In this document: positions 17,887 through 27,253 of the stretch, one piece after another
Layout of the letters: each line of letters begins with the position of its first letter
Position numbering within the stretch: position 1 is the first letter of the stretch
Origin: Patescibacteria group bacterium
GTDB taxonomy: Bacteria; Patescibacteriota; Microgenomatia; UBA1400; PJMF01
Assembly: GCA_041747555.1 (NCBI GenBank)
Contig: JBGTEY010000010.1
Coordinates: 2,958-66,957 of the forward strand
Direction: 5' to 3'
Length of the DNA: 64,000 nt
Notes under the pieces: generated by a model
What the model was told of the DNA's origin: nothing
Databases searched by the model: none
What the model saw: only the letters and a program-made list of their open reading frames with translations
Position numbers and translations under genes: made by a program

Positions 17887-18858
17887 TTAGGATGATTTTT
17901 CTGAAGTGTCGCCAACCAACTCATATTCTAGAGGGTCAATATCACCCAGTCCGAGTGCGAGATTGGCAATAGTGCCACTAATTTCAGCTTTCGTAAATGG
18001 ATCTAAGGCGGGGTCACTGCTTGCAACGGGGAATAGGCGAAGTTCAATACCTGGAGGGAACAAATCTTTGACTTGTTTCAAGCGGAAAAACCGAACTGCT
18101 TGTGTGGACATTACCACAGTAATTACTGCATCTTTAGTGATGAATCCGTCAGGATTTTCTTCTGATTGAAGATGTTTTTGAATATAGTCTGCAAGTGGTT
18201 GGAGCTGTGTAACAGTGTCTTTTACTGTATAGGGTCGGATAATTCTAACAAGTTCTTTCGGAACAAATGACTTTGCTGATCGAAGTACGTTAAATAAATC
18301 TTTTCCTTCTAGCTGAGTACCTACATACACTATTTTCTGGCCAGAATCTTCTAGAGCTTGACGAACTTCAGCACGCAAGGCATTCAAAGTAGAATTTAGC
18401 CAGCTAAGATACGGTTTTTCTGTAAAAGCAGAAAAGTCTCGTCCAGCAGCTACCCCAGCTCTCATAATAGAAAGTATTGCAGCTGCGTCACTTTGAATTC
18501 GATCAGAAAATCTACTCCACCATTCTGGTCCAAAGAAATTTCCTTTTCTTGGTTCGGCATATGTGCCTCCTGCTGCTGACAACACAATGGTGAGATGCTG
18601 TCTTTTTGCATCTTCCTCTGTAATATTCCATCGTTCTGGATTTCTTGCGGCAGCTTCAATTGCATATGCCTCTTTAAGACAGTTTGAAATTATTTTTTGA
18701 ATTGTTTCGTCGTCAGGTTTTTTAAAATTTGGATGAGACTCAATGCGCTTAAAAGTGCCTTTTAATAAGGCATTTATTTCTTCATGGGTCGGCAAGTCTT
18801 CAGTTTGGATACTTGGACTTGTTGGGTGAAATCTGTCTAAAGTTTCTTTTAATTGCAT
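17887..18858 (-). CDS. Hypothetical protein with possible YdcF/DUF218-like C-terminal region
   Basis: LTIVLSAAGG...VITVVMSTQAVRFFRL...LFPV resembles DUF218 motifs (IVVLGGG..., VTS..H..RA..F). Tentative. Confidence 0.35.
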   Translation of the reverse strand: MQLKETLDRFHPTSPSIQTEDLPTHEEINALLKGTFKRIESHPNFKKPDDETIQKIISNCLKEAYAIEAAARNPERWNITEEDAKRQHLTIVLSAAGGTYAEPRKGNFFGPEWWSRFSDRIQSDAAAILSIMRAGVAAGRDFSAFTEKPYLSWLNSTLNALRAEVRQALEDSGQKIVYVGTQLEGKDLFNVLRSAKSFVPKELVRIIRPYTVKDTVTQLQPLADYIQKHLQSEENPDGFITKDAVITVVMSTQAVRFFRLKQVKDLFPPGIELRLFPVASSDPALDPFTKAEISGTIANLALGLGDIDPLEYELVGDTSEKSS

Positions 18859-18908
18859 CCTAATATTATATCATATAGGGTCAAATAGATTCAGAATTAT
18901 GGATGTGC

Positions 18909-19307
18909 TTAATTATTCAGCCCAGCTTCAATCAACTCCAAAAGCACTTTTTCATCAACATCCTCAAGTTTTTTTATATACAAGCAACCAACACCACGTT
19001 TGTGTGGGCCTAATTTCTTGAGCAATGTTTCGAATGTATCGAGATCGCAGGTGAGGTAGAGGCTTAATTTGCCTTTTCTTGCTGCAAAGCCGATCGGAAA
19101 CCAATCGAGTTCTTTGCCGCTGGCGTACTTGAGGTGGGTTGAGCCGAAACCGATGATTGAGTCGCCCCAGATGGTGGGTTGGGCGCCGCTTGCGGCGCCC
19201 ATCATCTCCACCAGCTTCTCAGCATCTGCACGCTGAGTAGTATCAGAGATTGACGCAATATATTCTTTTACAGATTTTTTTGTTGGTTTGGTTTTGAGTT
19301 CAGCCAT
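18909..19307 (-). CDS. DUF1801 (YdhG-like) domain protein
   Basis: 132 aa. KSVKEYIASISDTTQRADAEKLVEMMGAASGAQPTIWGDSIIGFGSTHLKYASGKELDWFPIGFAARKGKLSLYL is typical of DUF1801. Confidence 0.6.
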   Translation of the reverse strand: MAELKTKPTKKSVKEYIASISDTTQRADAEKLVEMMGAASGAQPTIWGDSIIGFGSTHLKYASGKELDWFPIGFAARKGKLSLYLTCDLDTFETLLKKLGPHKRGVGCLYIKKLEDVDEKVLLELIEAGLNN

Positions 19308-19379
19308 GCGGTAAAGACATCATACCATTTGCGCGTAGGGAGATGGTATTTACGCAGATTTGTTGGTGAGGGCTGCTAT

Positions 19380-20126
19380 TTATCGTCCTCTAAACCGCTC
19401 ATTAACTTCATGATACAGGTCAAAATTACCTCCTGCATCAGTCCAAAAACCTTCAACAGGTCCATGGGTGAGTGTTCCAGCTTCTAGAAATGCTTTGTAC
19501 ATACTCTGTGCAGGCAATTCGCTTTCTGCTGGATAGAGTTTTTCTAGTAATTCAAAATGAGAATAAGGGAAGCAGACCATGCCTAATTCAATAAATCCGG
19601 GCTCATGGCGAGATTTGTCTTTTTCCATAACGGTGGTAACTGCACGATCCTCATTTGTTTCGAGCAAGCCATACCCTGCGGTGTCATCCATATGTGCAGT
19701 AATAATGAGGGCACCATCTGCTTGGGCATCATACTGCTCAACGGCTTCCACAATTCCATTTTCAATCAACACATCAGGAGCGACTACCACAATACGGTCA
19801 TCAGGATTGGCAATTTGCTTTGCTTGTTTGATAGCGTATGGCATTCCCCAGCTTTCTTCAGGGTGATATGCATAGCTAATCGAAACACCAAATTCACTTC
19901 CATCACCTAAATATCTCAAGTAGGCTGCTGCATCTCGACTATTTATAACAACTGCAATGTTGGTGATTCCTGCATTTTTGAGCAAATCGATGCCATGAGC
20001 GATCATTGGTTTGTCACCAACGGGAAGAAGTGGTTTGCCAACCACATGGGTAAGTGGTCTGAGACGAGTGCCGTGTCCGCCAGCAAGAATGATGCCGGTG
20101 TAGGAGTGTTTGAGGTTTGGGGTCAT
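19380..20126 (-). CDS. Sugar-phosphate nucleotidyltransferase (RmlA/GalU-like NTP_transferase)
   Basis: N-terminal GIILAGGHGTRLRPLTHVVGKPLLPV signature of sugar-1-phosphate nucleotidyltransferases. Confidence 0.75.
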   Translation of the reverse strand: MTPNLKHSYTGIILAGGHGTRLRPLTHVVGKPLLPVGDKPMIAHGIDLLKNAGITNIAVVINSRDAAAYLRYLGDGSEFGVSISYAYHPEESWGMPYAIKQAKQIANPDDRIVVVAPDVLIENGIVEAVEQYDAQADGALIITAHMDDTAGYGLLETNEDRAVTTVMEKDKSRHEPGFIELGMVCFPYSHFELLEKLYPAESELPAQSMYKAFLEAGTLTHGPVEGFWTDAGGNFDLYHEVNERFRGR

Positions 20127-20154
20127 GATGATTCCTTTTGTATTTATCTTGATT

Positions 20155-21093
20155 CTACTCTATCTCATCTTCTTTATTCCAGTCAATTTGAGTGAAGAAA
20201 GTCATGGTTGCAACTGCAAGGAGACCTATGCCTGGTAAGACAATCTCATAATCTCTTTCGCCATTTTTTGCTAGCCACGCTTCAATCTTGGGTGGTTCTC
20301 CCACAAACACAAATCGGGTTTTTCTTCCTAATTCATGAGCTTTGTCAGCCATGGGAATGTCAGATGTGCTATCACCGAATGCAGTAACTTCTTCTGCATC
20401 AACGCCTTGAGTTTCTTTGAACCATTTGAGTGCGCGTTCCATGCCCAATTGCTTGCCAAGATCTTTGTGGTGTACAACCAGTGCAATTCCAGCGTCCAGA
20501 ATGATGAAATCATCGATGCCGCGAGATTTAAACATATCTTCAATTAAAATTTGAGCCTTTTTCTTTGCAGCCTCAGCTGGTTTTGATCCTCGCTTGACAA
20601 CAGACTCGTCAATTTGTGGTGCGTGATAGACTTGTTTTATTTCACCGACGAACATTGCAGGATCTGCAATTAAGAGCTCATCAATCTCTGCACGGATGTC
20701 GTCTGGGAGTGGCACCACGTTGTCTGCAATGGTTTGGACTTCATCACCATCTTCATTATAGGTAATTTGGAATGCGCCCATTTCTGCATATGCAACGATA
20801 TTTTGGAGCGCCTCCAGGTTTCCTGATGCTTGTAGGGAGCTCTTGATTGGTCTTAAGATGTGGTCAGTTATCCAAGCGACGTTTCTACCGGTATTAATCG
20901 CGATTGGTTGGCCAGCAATAAGTTGTTTAGTTAAAATGTCTAAAATTTCTGGCACCATGTCCAGATTATCATCAGTGAGTACTCCATCGGCGTCAAAAAC
21001 ATAGAAAGGTTTTGGGACTTGTTTTTCAGCTTGTGCATCGTCGACTTCAGGTGGTGTATATATTTCCATCCCTTCACTTGATATGAGACTCAT
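20155..21093 (-). CDS. HAD-superfamily hydrolase/phosphatase
   Basis: Motif I FYVFDADGVLTDD. Motif IV-like FGDSTSDIPMADKA. Contiguous with the nucleotidyltransferase and GT4 genes on the same strand. Confidence 0.55.
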   Translation of the reverse strand: MSLISSEGMEIYTPPEVDDAQAEKQVPKPFYVFDADGVLTDDNLDMVPEILDILTKQLIAGQPIAINTGRNVAWITDHILRPIKSSLQASGNLEALQNIVAYAEMGAFQITYNEDGDEVQTIADNVVPLPDDIRAEIDELLIADPAMFVGEIKQVYHAPQIDESVVKRGSKPAEAAKKKAQILIEDMFKSRGIDDFIILDAGIALVVHHKDLGKQLGMERALKWFKETQGVDAEEVTAFGDSTSDIPMADKAHELGRKTRFVFVGEPPKIEAWLAKNGERDYEIVLPGIGLLAVATMTFFTQIDWNKEDEIE

Positions 21094-21250
21094 AATTTCC
21101 TTATGTATTGATAGTATCGGTATTATAGTATACGTTAATAGTAATATTATATATCACTTAACCTAATTTAGGAATACCAATTATAAGTGGAGGACCAGAA
21201 GTAAAAGTTTGGTACAATTGGGGCACAATCGCAAGAAACTAGGAGCATGT

Positions 21251-21976
21251 ATGAACATTCAAAACGTTATCATTGAGAGTGTTGCAGGTTATTCTCTCCG
21301 AGCAACAATTCTCAAATCAGAAAATCACTCTGGCAAACGCCCCGCAATTCTCTGTATCCACGGCTGGACCAGCCAAATGGCACGGTATGAGTCTCGAGTG
21401 AAGCCTATGGTTGAAATGGGATTTACTGTGGTACTGTTTGATCTTCGCGGTCACGGTGAAACTGGCGGTACTCTGTCAGACTTTTCAATCAGCGACCACT
21501 TTGAGGATTGTAAAGCAGCATACGATTTCATGATTATGCTGGACCATATTGACACAGACAATATCTCACTCATAGGTTTAAGCTACGGTGGATATTTAGC
21601 AACGCTGCTGACTTCAGAACGAAAAGTGCATCACCTCATGCTGAGTGTCCCAGCGCTCTACACTGACGATATTTTTGACCTTCCTGACAAGCAAGTTGGT
21701 CCTCACACAACCGAGTATAGGAAGTATCCTCACACACCAGACGACAACAAGGCATTGGCAGCGTTACATGATTTTTCGGGAGATGTTTTTTTGTTAGAAG
21801 TTGAACACGATGAGTTTTTAAGCCCACAAGTTATGAAAAGTTACCGCGCAGCTGCACAACCTGGGGTTCAGTACACCATGATTGAAGGTGCTGATCATAA
21901 TATGAAAAATCCTGGCGTGAATGAGAAACGGATTCGAATTTGGTCGGAATGGTTTAAACAATTTGCTAAGGAGTAA
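21251..21976 (+). CDS. Alpha/beta-fold hydrolase
   Basis: HGW oxyanion region AILCIHGWTS. Nucleophile elbow GLSYGGYLA. His near the C-terminus (GADHNM). The track ORF starts at TTG 21209; ATG 21251 is preceded by AGGAG at about 21238. Confidence 0.7.
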   Translation: MNIQNVIIESVAGYSLRATILKSENHSGKRPAILCIHGWTSQMARYESRVKPMVEMGFTVVLFDLRGHGETGGTLSDFSISDHFEDCKAAYDFMIMLDHIDTDNISLIGLSYGGYLATLLTSERKVHHLMLSVPALYTDDIFDLPDKQVGPHTTEYRKYPHTPDDNKALAALHDFSGDVFLLEVEHDEFLSPQVMKSYRAAAQPGVQYTMIEGADHNMKNPGVNEKRIRIWSEWFKQFAKE

Positions 21977-21998
21977 GAGATATGTTCAAATTGCAATT

Positions 21999-24758
21999 TT
22001 AATCGTTTATTTTTACTTCTTCAAATTGTAATTCTGCACCAATGGTTCGCTCATAGTACTCAATCATGACGGTGTGCTCACCCGCGGTCAGTTCTTGCTC
22101 CACTTCATAATACGTCGTTCCTTGATCTTTCCACTGATCAATGACGAGCTCGCCATCAACATACAGTCGAATTCCGTCATCGCCCCCGAGTGTGAATCGA
22201 TACGTTCCTGCTTCGTAAGTTTCTGTTTTAAGTGCCCTCAGTGAGAAATAATCATTGGAAACGAGCTGATGTGGTGATCCAAGGCCCCAGCTAAACGCAA
22301 TTTCGGGGTGAATATCTGCATAAATTGGTTCGCCGTTGAGGGTAATATTGTTAAAATACTCAACCAAAAAGTCACCGGAATCAACTATAACGGGCTCTTC
22401 TTCTATTGTCGGAGCAATAGTGAGCATGGCAGTAGCGCCATATTGTCGCTCGTAGTATTCCATTTTGATTACATGTGTACCAGCTTCGAGCTCCAGATCA
22501 ACGACATACGTAGTTTTGGGTTGATCTATCCATTTATCTATGACTAGTTCATCGTCAACGTATAGTCGCACGCCATCATCTGCAGAAACCATAAAGCTGT
22601 ATGTACCTGCGTCAAATTCTTGATTTTTAACCCAGCGAGCCGAGAAGTAATCCTTGGTTATGCTGGGATCTGGAGCGTCGAGTCCCCAGTCGTGTTGGAT
22701 TTCTGTTTCAAATCGTTCGAGCGCAGGCGTTCCCGTCAAACTCATGTTATTGAAGTACGTTGCAGTAAATTGATCAGTGGGAGTTGGAGGGTCTGTGGGT
22801 TCTGGTTCTTCTTCACCGGGATCAGTTTCATCAAGTGATGACCAATCGAGCGCAGCAAACGCACCGACTTGGTTCTCGTAATACTCCATGGTAATTGTGT
22901 GAACGCCATCGAGGTCTGCGTCATGCGTGTAGGTTGTTGGTCCTTGGTCAATCCACTTATCAATAACTGTTTCACCATCTATAAGTAGGCGTACACCATC
23001 ATCAGCGGTGACAGAGAAGCGATGTGATCCTGGCTCAAATGTGAACTGGCCTTGCCAGCGAGCAGAGAATCCATCGTTAGTAATTCCTGGCGCGGGTGAG
23101 CCGTATCCCCAATTGTTTTGAATTTCTGGATCAATACGGGTTACTGCTGGATCACCATTGAGTGACGTATTGTTAAAATATTCTGCTAAAAATCCAGCAT
23201 CGAGGGGAATATCTGTGGTTGGCACTTCTGGATCTTCATCGTCACCAGGAGGTGTGTCTGTGGTTTCAGACCAGCTCAATATGGCAGTCGAACCGACGTA
23301 GCGTTCATAATATTCCATTTTAATTTCATGTTCACCGCCAAGATCTCTGGTTGCGGTGTACGTTGTTGCACCTTGATCTTTCCACTGATCTATCACAAGT
23401 TCACCGTCTATATAGAGCCGGACTCCATCATCTGCAGTTACTGAAAATGTGTATGTCCCTGGGTCAAAGGAGAAATTTCCTGTCCAACGTGCGGAATAAA
23501 AGTCAGAGTTCACTGAGGCGTGAGGTGAAGCATACCCAAGTTCATAATTGATAGTATTTTCTTCTCGAGTAACGACTGGCACACCAGAGAGATCAATATT
23601 GTTGAAGTACTGAGCGGTAAAGACACTGGTAGCAGGTGGAACAGGATCGGGATCTGGTTCAGGACTTGGATCAGGGTCGGGTTCGCCGTCACCGGGATCT
23701 TCAGGAAGGGTTCCGCCGGTTACGGCAGTAATTGCCTCTGCCCATTTTTGGCCCATGGCGTCATAGCCTTCAGCCGTAGGATGATAATTGTCAGCTAAGT
23801 CTGCACTGGTCAAAACAGTGTGCATATCGACGTAATGAACCTTTTTGCCTTGGTCGCGTAAGTTCTGTACAACGCCAGGAATAGCTTGATTAAAAATCTC
23901 AACTTGTTGTTGCATGCTGGAATCTTGAATTGGAATCAGCGAAGCGACCAGAATATCAGTATCGGGCAATTCAGTAGTGATTGCTTGTATAAGGTTTGAA
24001 AGTCTGTTTGGTGCTTGAGCTAGATTGTAATTGAGGCGAATATCATTGGTTCCAGCAAGTAGCAATACTTGATCTGGCTGATGAACCTTGAGCCAAGGCA
24101 TCATGTTGGCATGAATTTCATCAATACGCCATCCGGGGTGTCCTTCATGGTCGCGATCAGTGAGTCCTGCAGGGCCATTTTGGAGTGTTCCGACTAGATT
24201 AATGTCTGGTAGAAGTGTTTTTAAGTTTGTTCGATAGCCACCAGGAACGTTATTGCCATGTGTATTTGAATCACCGAGCGGCATTATTCTTAAGCCAGTT
24301 GCAGAGTCTGGAGAAACTAGTTCCCAGCTCAACGCTGCAGTAGCACCACCACTTTTCTCATAGTATTCGAGAACAATAGTGTGTTCGCCTGAATCGAGAT
24401 CAATCATGGTTTGATTGAGTGTCGAACCTTGATCAACCCACCGATCAATCAATAGTTCACCATTCACCCAAAGCCTGACGCCATCATCAGAAAACGTAGA
24501 AAAAAGATATCTACCACTCTCTAGCTCAAAATCACCGGTCCATCGTGCAGAGAAGTTGTCATTATTGATAGAAGGATCAGGACTCCCGACTCCCCACTCA
24601 TTTTGAATGGTTGTCTCAATTCTGGTAAGGACGGGTTCACCCGTTAAAGTTGTGTTGTTGAAGTACTCAGCAGTGAAGTCATTTGCCGCGTGTACTTGAC
24701 CAGGTACAGTGAGGATTGTGACCGCCAAAAAAGATAGTACTGTATTTTTAAGTTTCAT
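21999..24758 (-). CDS. Secreted multidomain protein: five PA14 domains with an SGNH/GDSL hydrolase domain inserted between the first and second
   Basis: 919 aa with a signal peptide. Five repeats of the form YFNN..L.G.P.......I...WG.GSP.......FSARW.G.F.F..G.Y.F....DDGVRL..DGELVID.W.DQG match PA14. Between PA14-1 and PA14-2 lie LRIMPLGDSNTHG (block I), LLAGTNDI (block III) and DNYHPTAEGY (block V) of SGNH esterases. Confidence 0.75.
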   Translation of the reverse strand: MKLKNTVLSFLAVTILTVPGQVHAANDFTAEYFNNTTLTGEPVLTRIETTIQNEWGVGSPDPSINNDNFSARWTGDFELESGRYLFSTFSDDGVRLWVNGELLIDRWVDQGSTLNQTMIDLDSGEHTIVLEYYEKSGGATAALSWELVSPDSATGLRIMPLGDSNTHGNNVPGGYRTNLKTLLPDINLVGTLQNGPAGLTDRDHEGHPGWRIDEIHANMMPWLKVHQPDQVLLLAGTNDIRLNYNLAQAPNRLSNLIQAITTELPDTDILVASLIPIQDSSMQQQVEIFNQAIPGVVQNLRDQGKKVHYVDMHTVLTSADLADNYHPTAEGYDAMGQKWAEAITAVTGGTLPEDPGDGEPDPDPSPEPDPDPVPPATSVFTAQYFNNIDLSGVPVVTREENTINYELGYASPHASVNSDFYSARWTGNFSFDPGTYTFSVTADDGVRLYIDGELVIDQWKDQGATTYTATRDLGGEHEIKMEYYERYVGSTAILSWSETTDTPPGDDEDPEVPTTDIPLDAGFLAEYFNNTSLNGDPAVTRIDPEIQNNWGYGSPAPGITNDGFSARWQGQFTFEPGSHRFSVTADDGVRLLIDGETVIDKWIDQGPTTYTHDADLDGVHTITMEYYENQVGAFAALDWSSLDETDPGEEEPEPTDPPTPTDQFTATYFNNMSLTGTPALERFETEIQHDWGLDAPDPSITKDYFSARWVKNQEFDAGTYSFMVSADDGVRLYVDDELVIDKWIDQPKTTYVVDLELEAGTHVIKMEYYERQYGATAMLTIAPTIEEEPVIVDSGDFLVEYFNNITLNGEPIYADIHPEIAFSWGLGSPHQLVSNDYFSLRALKTETYEAGTYRFTLGGDDGIRLYVDGELVIDQWKDQGTTYYEVEQELTAGEHTVMIEYYERTIGAELQFEEVKIND

Positions 24759-24838
24759 ATGTTTGAGTGTATTACTAATTGTATCACGATCTCCTTACAT
24801 TTCATGTTAAAATACCAGATTGGAAAACTAAGTCCATC

Positions 24839-26299
24839 ATGAGTAACGAAACGATCATAAATTTCACCAACGTCACCTTTGAATACGGCTTTAACAAGCA
24901 GATTCTAGAGGAAGTTAATTTTACCGTACGCCGCGGCATGAAGGTAGCTCTGATGGGTCAAAATGGTGCGGGCAAAAGCACTATTTTTAAGCTCATCACT
25001 GGGGTTCTTACTCCCAAATTTGGTGCAGTTTCTGTTAAAAAAGACGCAACTGTGGCAACAGCGCATCAAGTTATCACTCCAGAAGAACGCGAACAGACAG
25101 TTGAGAAATTTTTTGACAATATCCTAAATGAAGAATCTCATATATTGCAAAAGAAAATGAGTGGGGCACTCAATGCAGTACAACTTGATGTGGAGAGCGA
25201 TAAAATTATTGATAAACTATCCGGCGGACAACAAGCTCGATTGCTACTCGCCGCAGCACTCATCCAAGAGCCAGATATTTTGCTGCTCGACGAGCCAACT
25301 AATAATCTCGATGCCGACGGCATTGCGCACTTGATGGTATTTTTGATGTCGTATCCCAAGACCGTGCTTGTTATTTCGCATGATGCAGATTTCTTAAATA
25401 CCTTTACTGATGGCGTGCTCTATTTAGATGGCCATACCAAAGTAGTCGAACAGTACATTGGCGACTACTACGACGTGGTTGAGCAAATTTCGGCCAGAAT
25501 TGAGAAAGAAAACAGTAAAAACGCCAGAATGGCCAAAGAAATTCAAGAAAATAAAGAAAAAATCAACTATTTTGCGCATAAAGGTGGAAAAATGCGCTTA
25601 GTTGCCAAAAAAATGAAAGAAAAAGTCGAAGCCTACGAGAGTGAAAAAATCGTCGTTAGAAAAGAAGATAAAACAATCCGCTCATTCACCATCCCCGTCC
25701 AAAAGGACATTCCAAGCACGGTCATGAAAATTGATTCATTTACGGTCTTGCAAAAAGGTGAAGAAGTTACCAAAACAGCACGCATTTTACTCGGAAAAAA
25801 CCAACACCTGCTCATCAAGGGCCCAAATGGTATCGGAAAAACTACGTTAATCGAATCACTCGCGCGCGGCACTGCGCCTGGAGCAGAAATTTCTCCAGGA
25901 GTGAATGTGGGGTACTATCGTCAGGATTTCTCAACGCTAAATTACGAGCACACGGTGCATGAATCACTGGTTGAGGCGATGCTCCTTGGTGATGGGAGCG
26001 GTTCTGAAGAATTGCTGCGATCGGTGGCAGCAGGATTTTTGATTGACAAACACATTATTTCTACAGAAATTTATGCACTCTCTGAAGGTCAAAAGGGTTT
26101 GGTGAGTTTTGCAAGATTGGTGCTCCAAAAACCAGGTCTTTTAATACTCGATGAGCCAACAAATCATATTAATTTCCGTCATTTGCCAATTATTGCCGAG
26201 GCGTTAGATGAGTATGGGGGAACAATGATTCTCGTCTCCCACGTTGATTCTTTCGTGGAAAAAATACGAATCGACACTGTGCTTGATTTAGCGCGCTAA
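24839..26299 (+). CDS. ABC-F family ATPase (two tandem ABC domains, no TM domain)
   Basis: Domain 1: GQNGAGKST, LSGGQQARL, LLLDEPTNNLD. Domain 2: GPNGIGKTT, LSEGQKG, LILDEPTNHI. The track ORF starts at TTG 24779; the ATG at 24839 (MSNETIINFTNVTF) is preferred. Confidence 0.85.
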   Translation: MSNETIINFTNVTFEYGFNKQILEEVNFTVRRGMKVALMGQNGAGKSTIFKLITGVLTPKFGAVSVKKDATVATAHQVITPEEREQTVEKFFDNILNEESHILQKKMSGALNAVQLDVESDKIIDKLSGGQQARLLLAAALIQEPDILLLDEPTNNLDADGIAHLMVFLMSYPKTVLVISHDADFLNTFTDGVLYLDGHTKVVEQYIGDYYDVVEQISARIEKENSKNARMAKEIQENKEKINYFAHKGGKMRLVAKKMKEKVEAYESEKIVVRKEDKTIRSFTIPVQKDIPSTVMKIDSFTVLQKGEEVTKTARILLGKNQHLLIKGPNGIGKTTLIESLARGTAPGAEISPGVNVGYYRQDFSTLNYEHTVHESLVEAMLLGDGSGSEELLRSVAAGFLIDKHIISTEIYALSEGQKGLVSFARLVLQKPGLLILDEPTNHINFRHLPIIAEALDEYGGTMILVSHVDSFVEKIRIDTVLDLAR

Positions 26300-26575
26300 A
26301 ATTACCTACTAGGTTTTCGTGGAATGTGAATTTTAACCGACCGTGTATTGCGTTGGTTGAAGCCTTGGTTTTGGGGGGAGAGTGCAGTTAATGCAGGATT
26401 CTTAGCAAATACTTGCTTAGCGGTTGGTGATTTTTTTCGTTTCTTTTTTGACAGGGTGGTCCTTTGGCTCGTGTGCTCTAAATTTAGTCTATACATTCAT
26501 TATACAGGTATGGGTCAAATATGCATTTCAACTAGTCCAGTTTTCCAGAAATTGATACAATGAAGCTTAGACATT

Positions 26576-27253
26576 TTGAAAATCGCATCTATGACCATCT
26601 CACAATTCATCCTTACTAAACTCCTCCCTAAGAAAATGCTCTTTATCCGCCTGATACAGATCACATATGGGCTAGGAATAACGGTTCTTATCACCACTAT
26701 TTTTCATCCAGATGGAAGAAAAATCTGGAGTGAACTAGGCACAAATTCAGGTAAAGCAGCAATCTTGGTGCTTGGTATCACCTTGCTTCCTGGCATGATC
26801 AAGCGGTTTCAGCTCAAGGGCGTGCTCACTGCAGCGCAAGTTTTTATTATGAGTATTCGTCGGGCGCTCGGCGTATTGGTATATTACTTGGTGGTTCTGC
26901 ACTTGATCTGGGTTAAAATTTTACCTGCGTTTCACTATGATCTCGATCTTTTAAGATATTCTAATTATGAGTTGATGGGCCTTATTGCTTTATTGCTTTT
27001 GACACCCATGGCACTGACGTCGAATGATTTTGCAGTCAGAAAACTGGGTAAACACTGGAAACGAATTCACAGCGCGGTATATGTAGTAATTTGGTTTATT
27101 TTCTTGCACGTCTTGCTGATGGAAGGGAGTGTGAAAATGATCCTGATTGCCGGTGTGCTTGGTACTCTAGAAATTGCATCCTGGATTGTGTTTTTTAGAA
27201 CACCTCAAAAAGCAGTTGCTCAACAGGAGACTCCGCAACAACCTCAGGGTTAA
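26576..27253 (+). CDS. Membrane protein with ferric-reductase-like (MsrQ/YedZ-like) transmembrane domain (tentative)
   Basis: 6 TM segments. ALTSNDFAVRKLGKHWKRIHSAVYVVIWFIFLHV resembles the His-containing helix pair of ferric-reductase-type heme-binding domains. Confidence 0.4.
   Translation: MKIASMTISQFILTKLLPKKMLFIRLIQITYGLGITVLITTIFHPDGRKIWSELGTNSGKAAILVLGITLLPGMIKRFQLKGVLTAAQVFIMSIRRALGVLVYYLVVLHLIWVKILPAFHYDLDLLRYSNYELMGLIALLLLTPMALTSNDFAVRKLGKHWKRIHSAVYVVIWFIFLHVLLMEGSVKMILIAGVLGTLEIASWIVFFRTPQKAVAQQETPQQPQG

Noticed and set aside
26302-26496. Basic 64-aa minus-strand ORF in the long intergenic region.
   Set aside because: No ribosome-binding site, low complexity, and it overlaps a putative promoter on the opposite strand.
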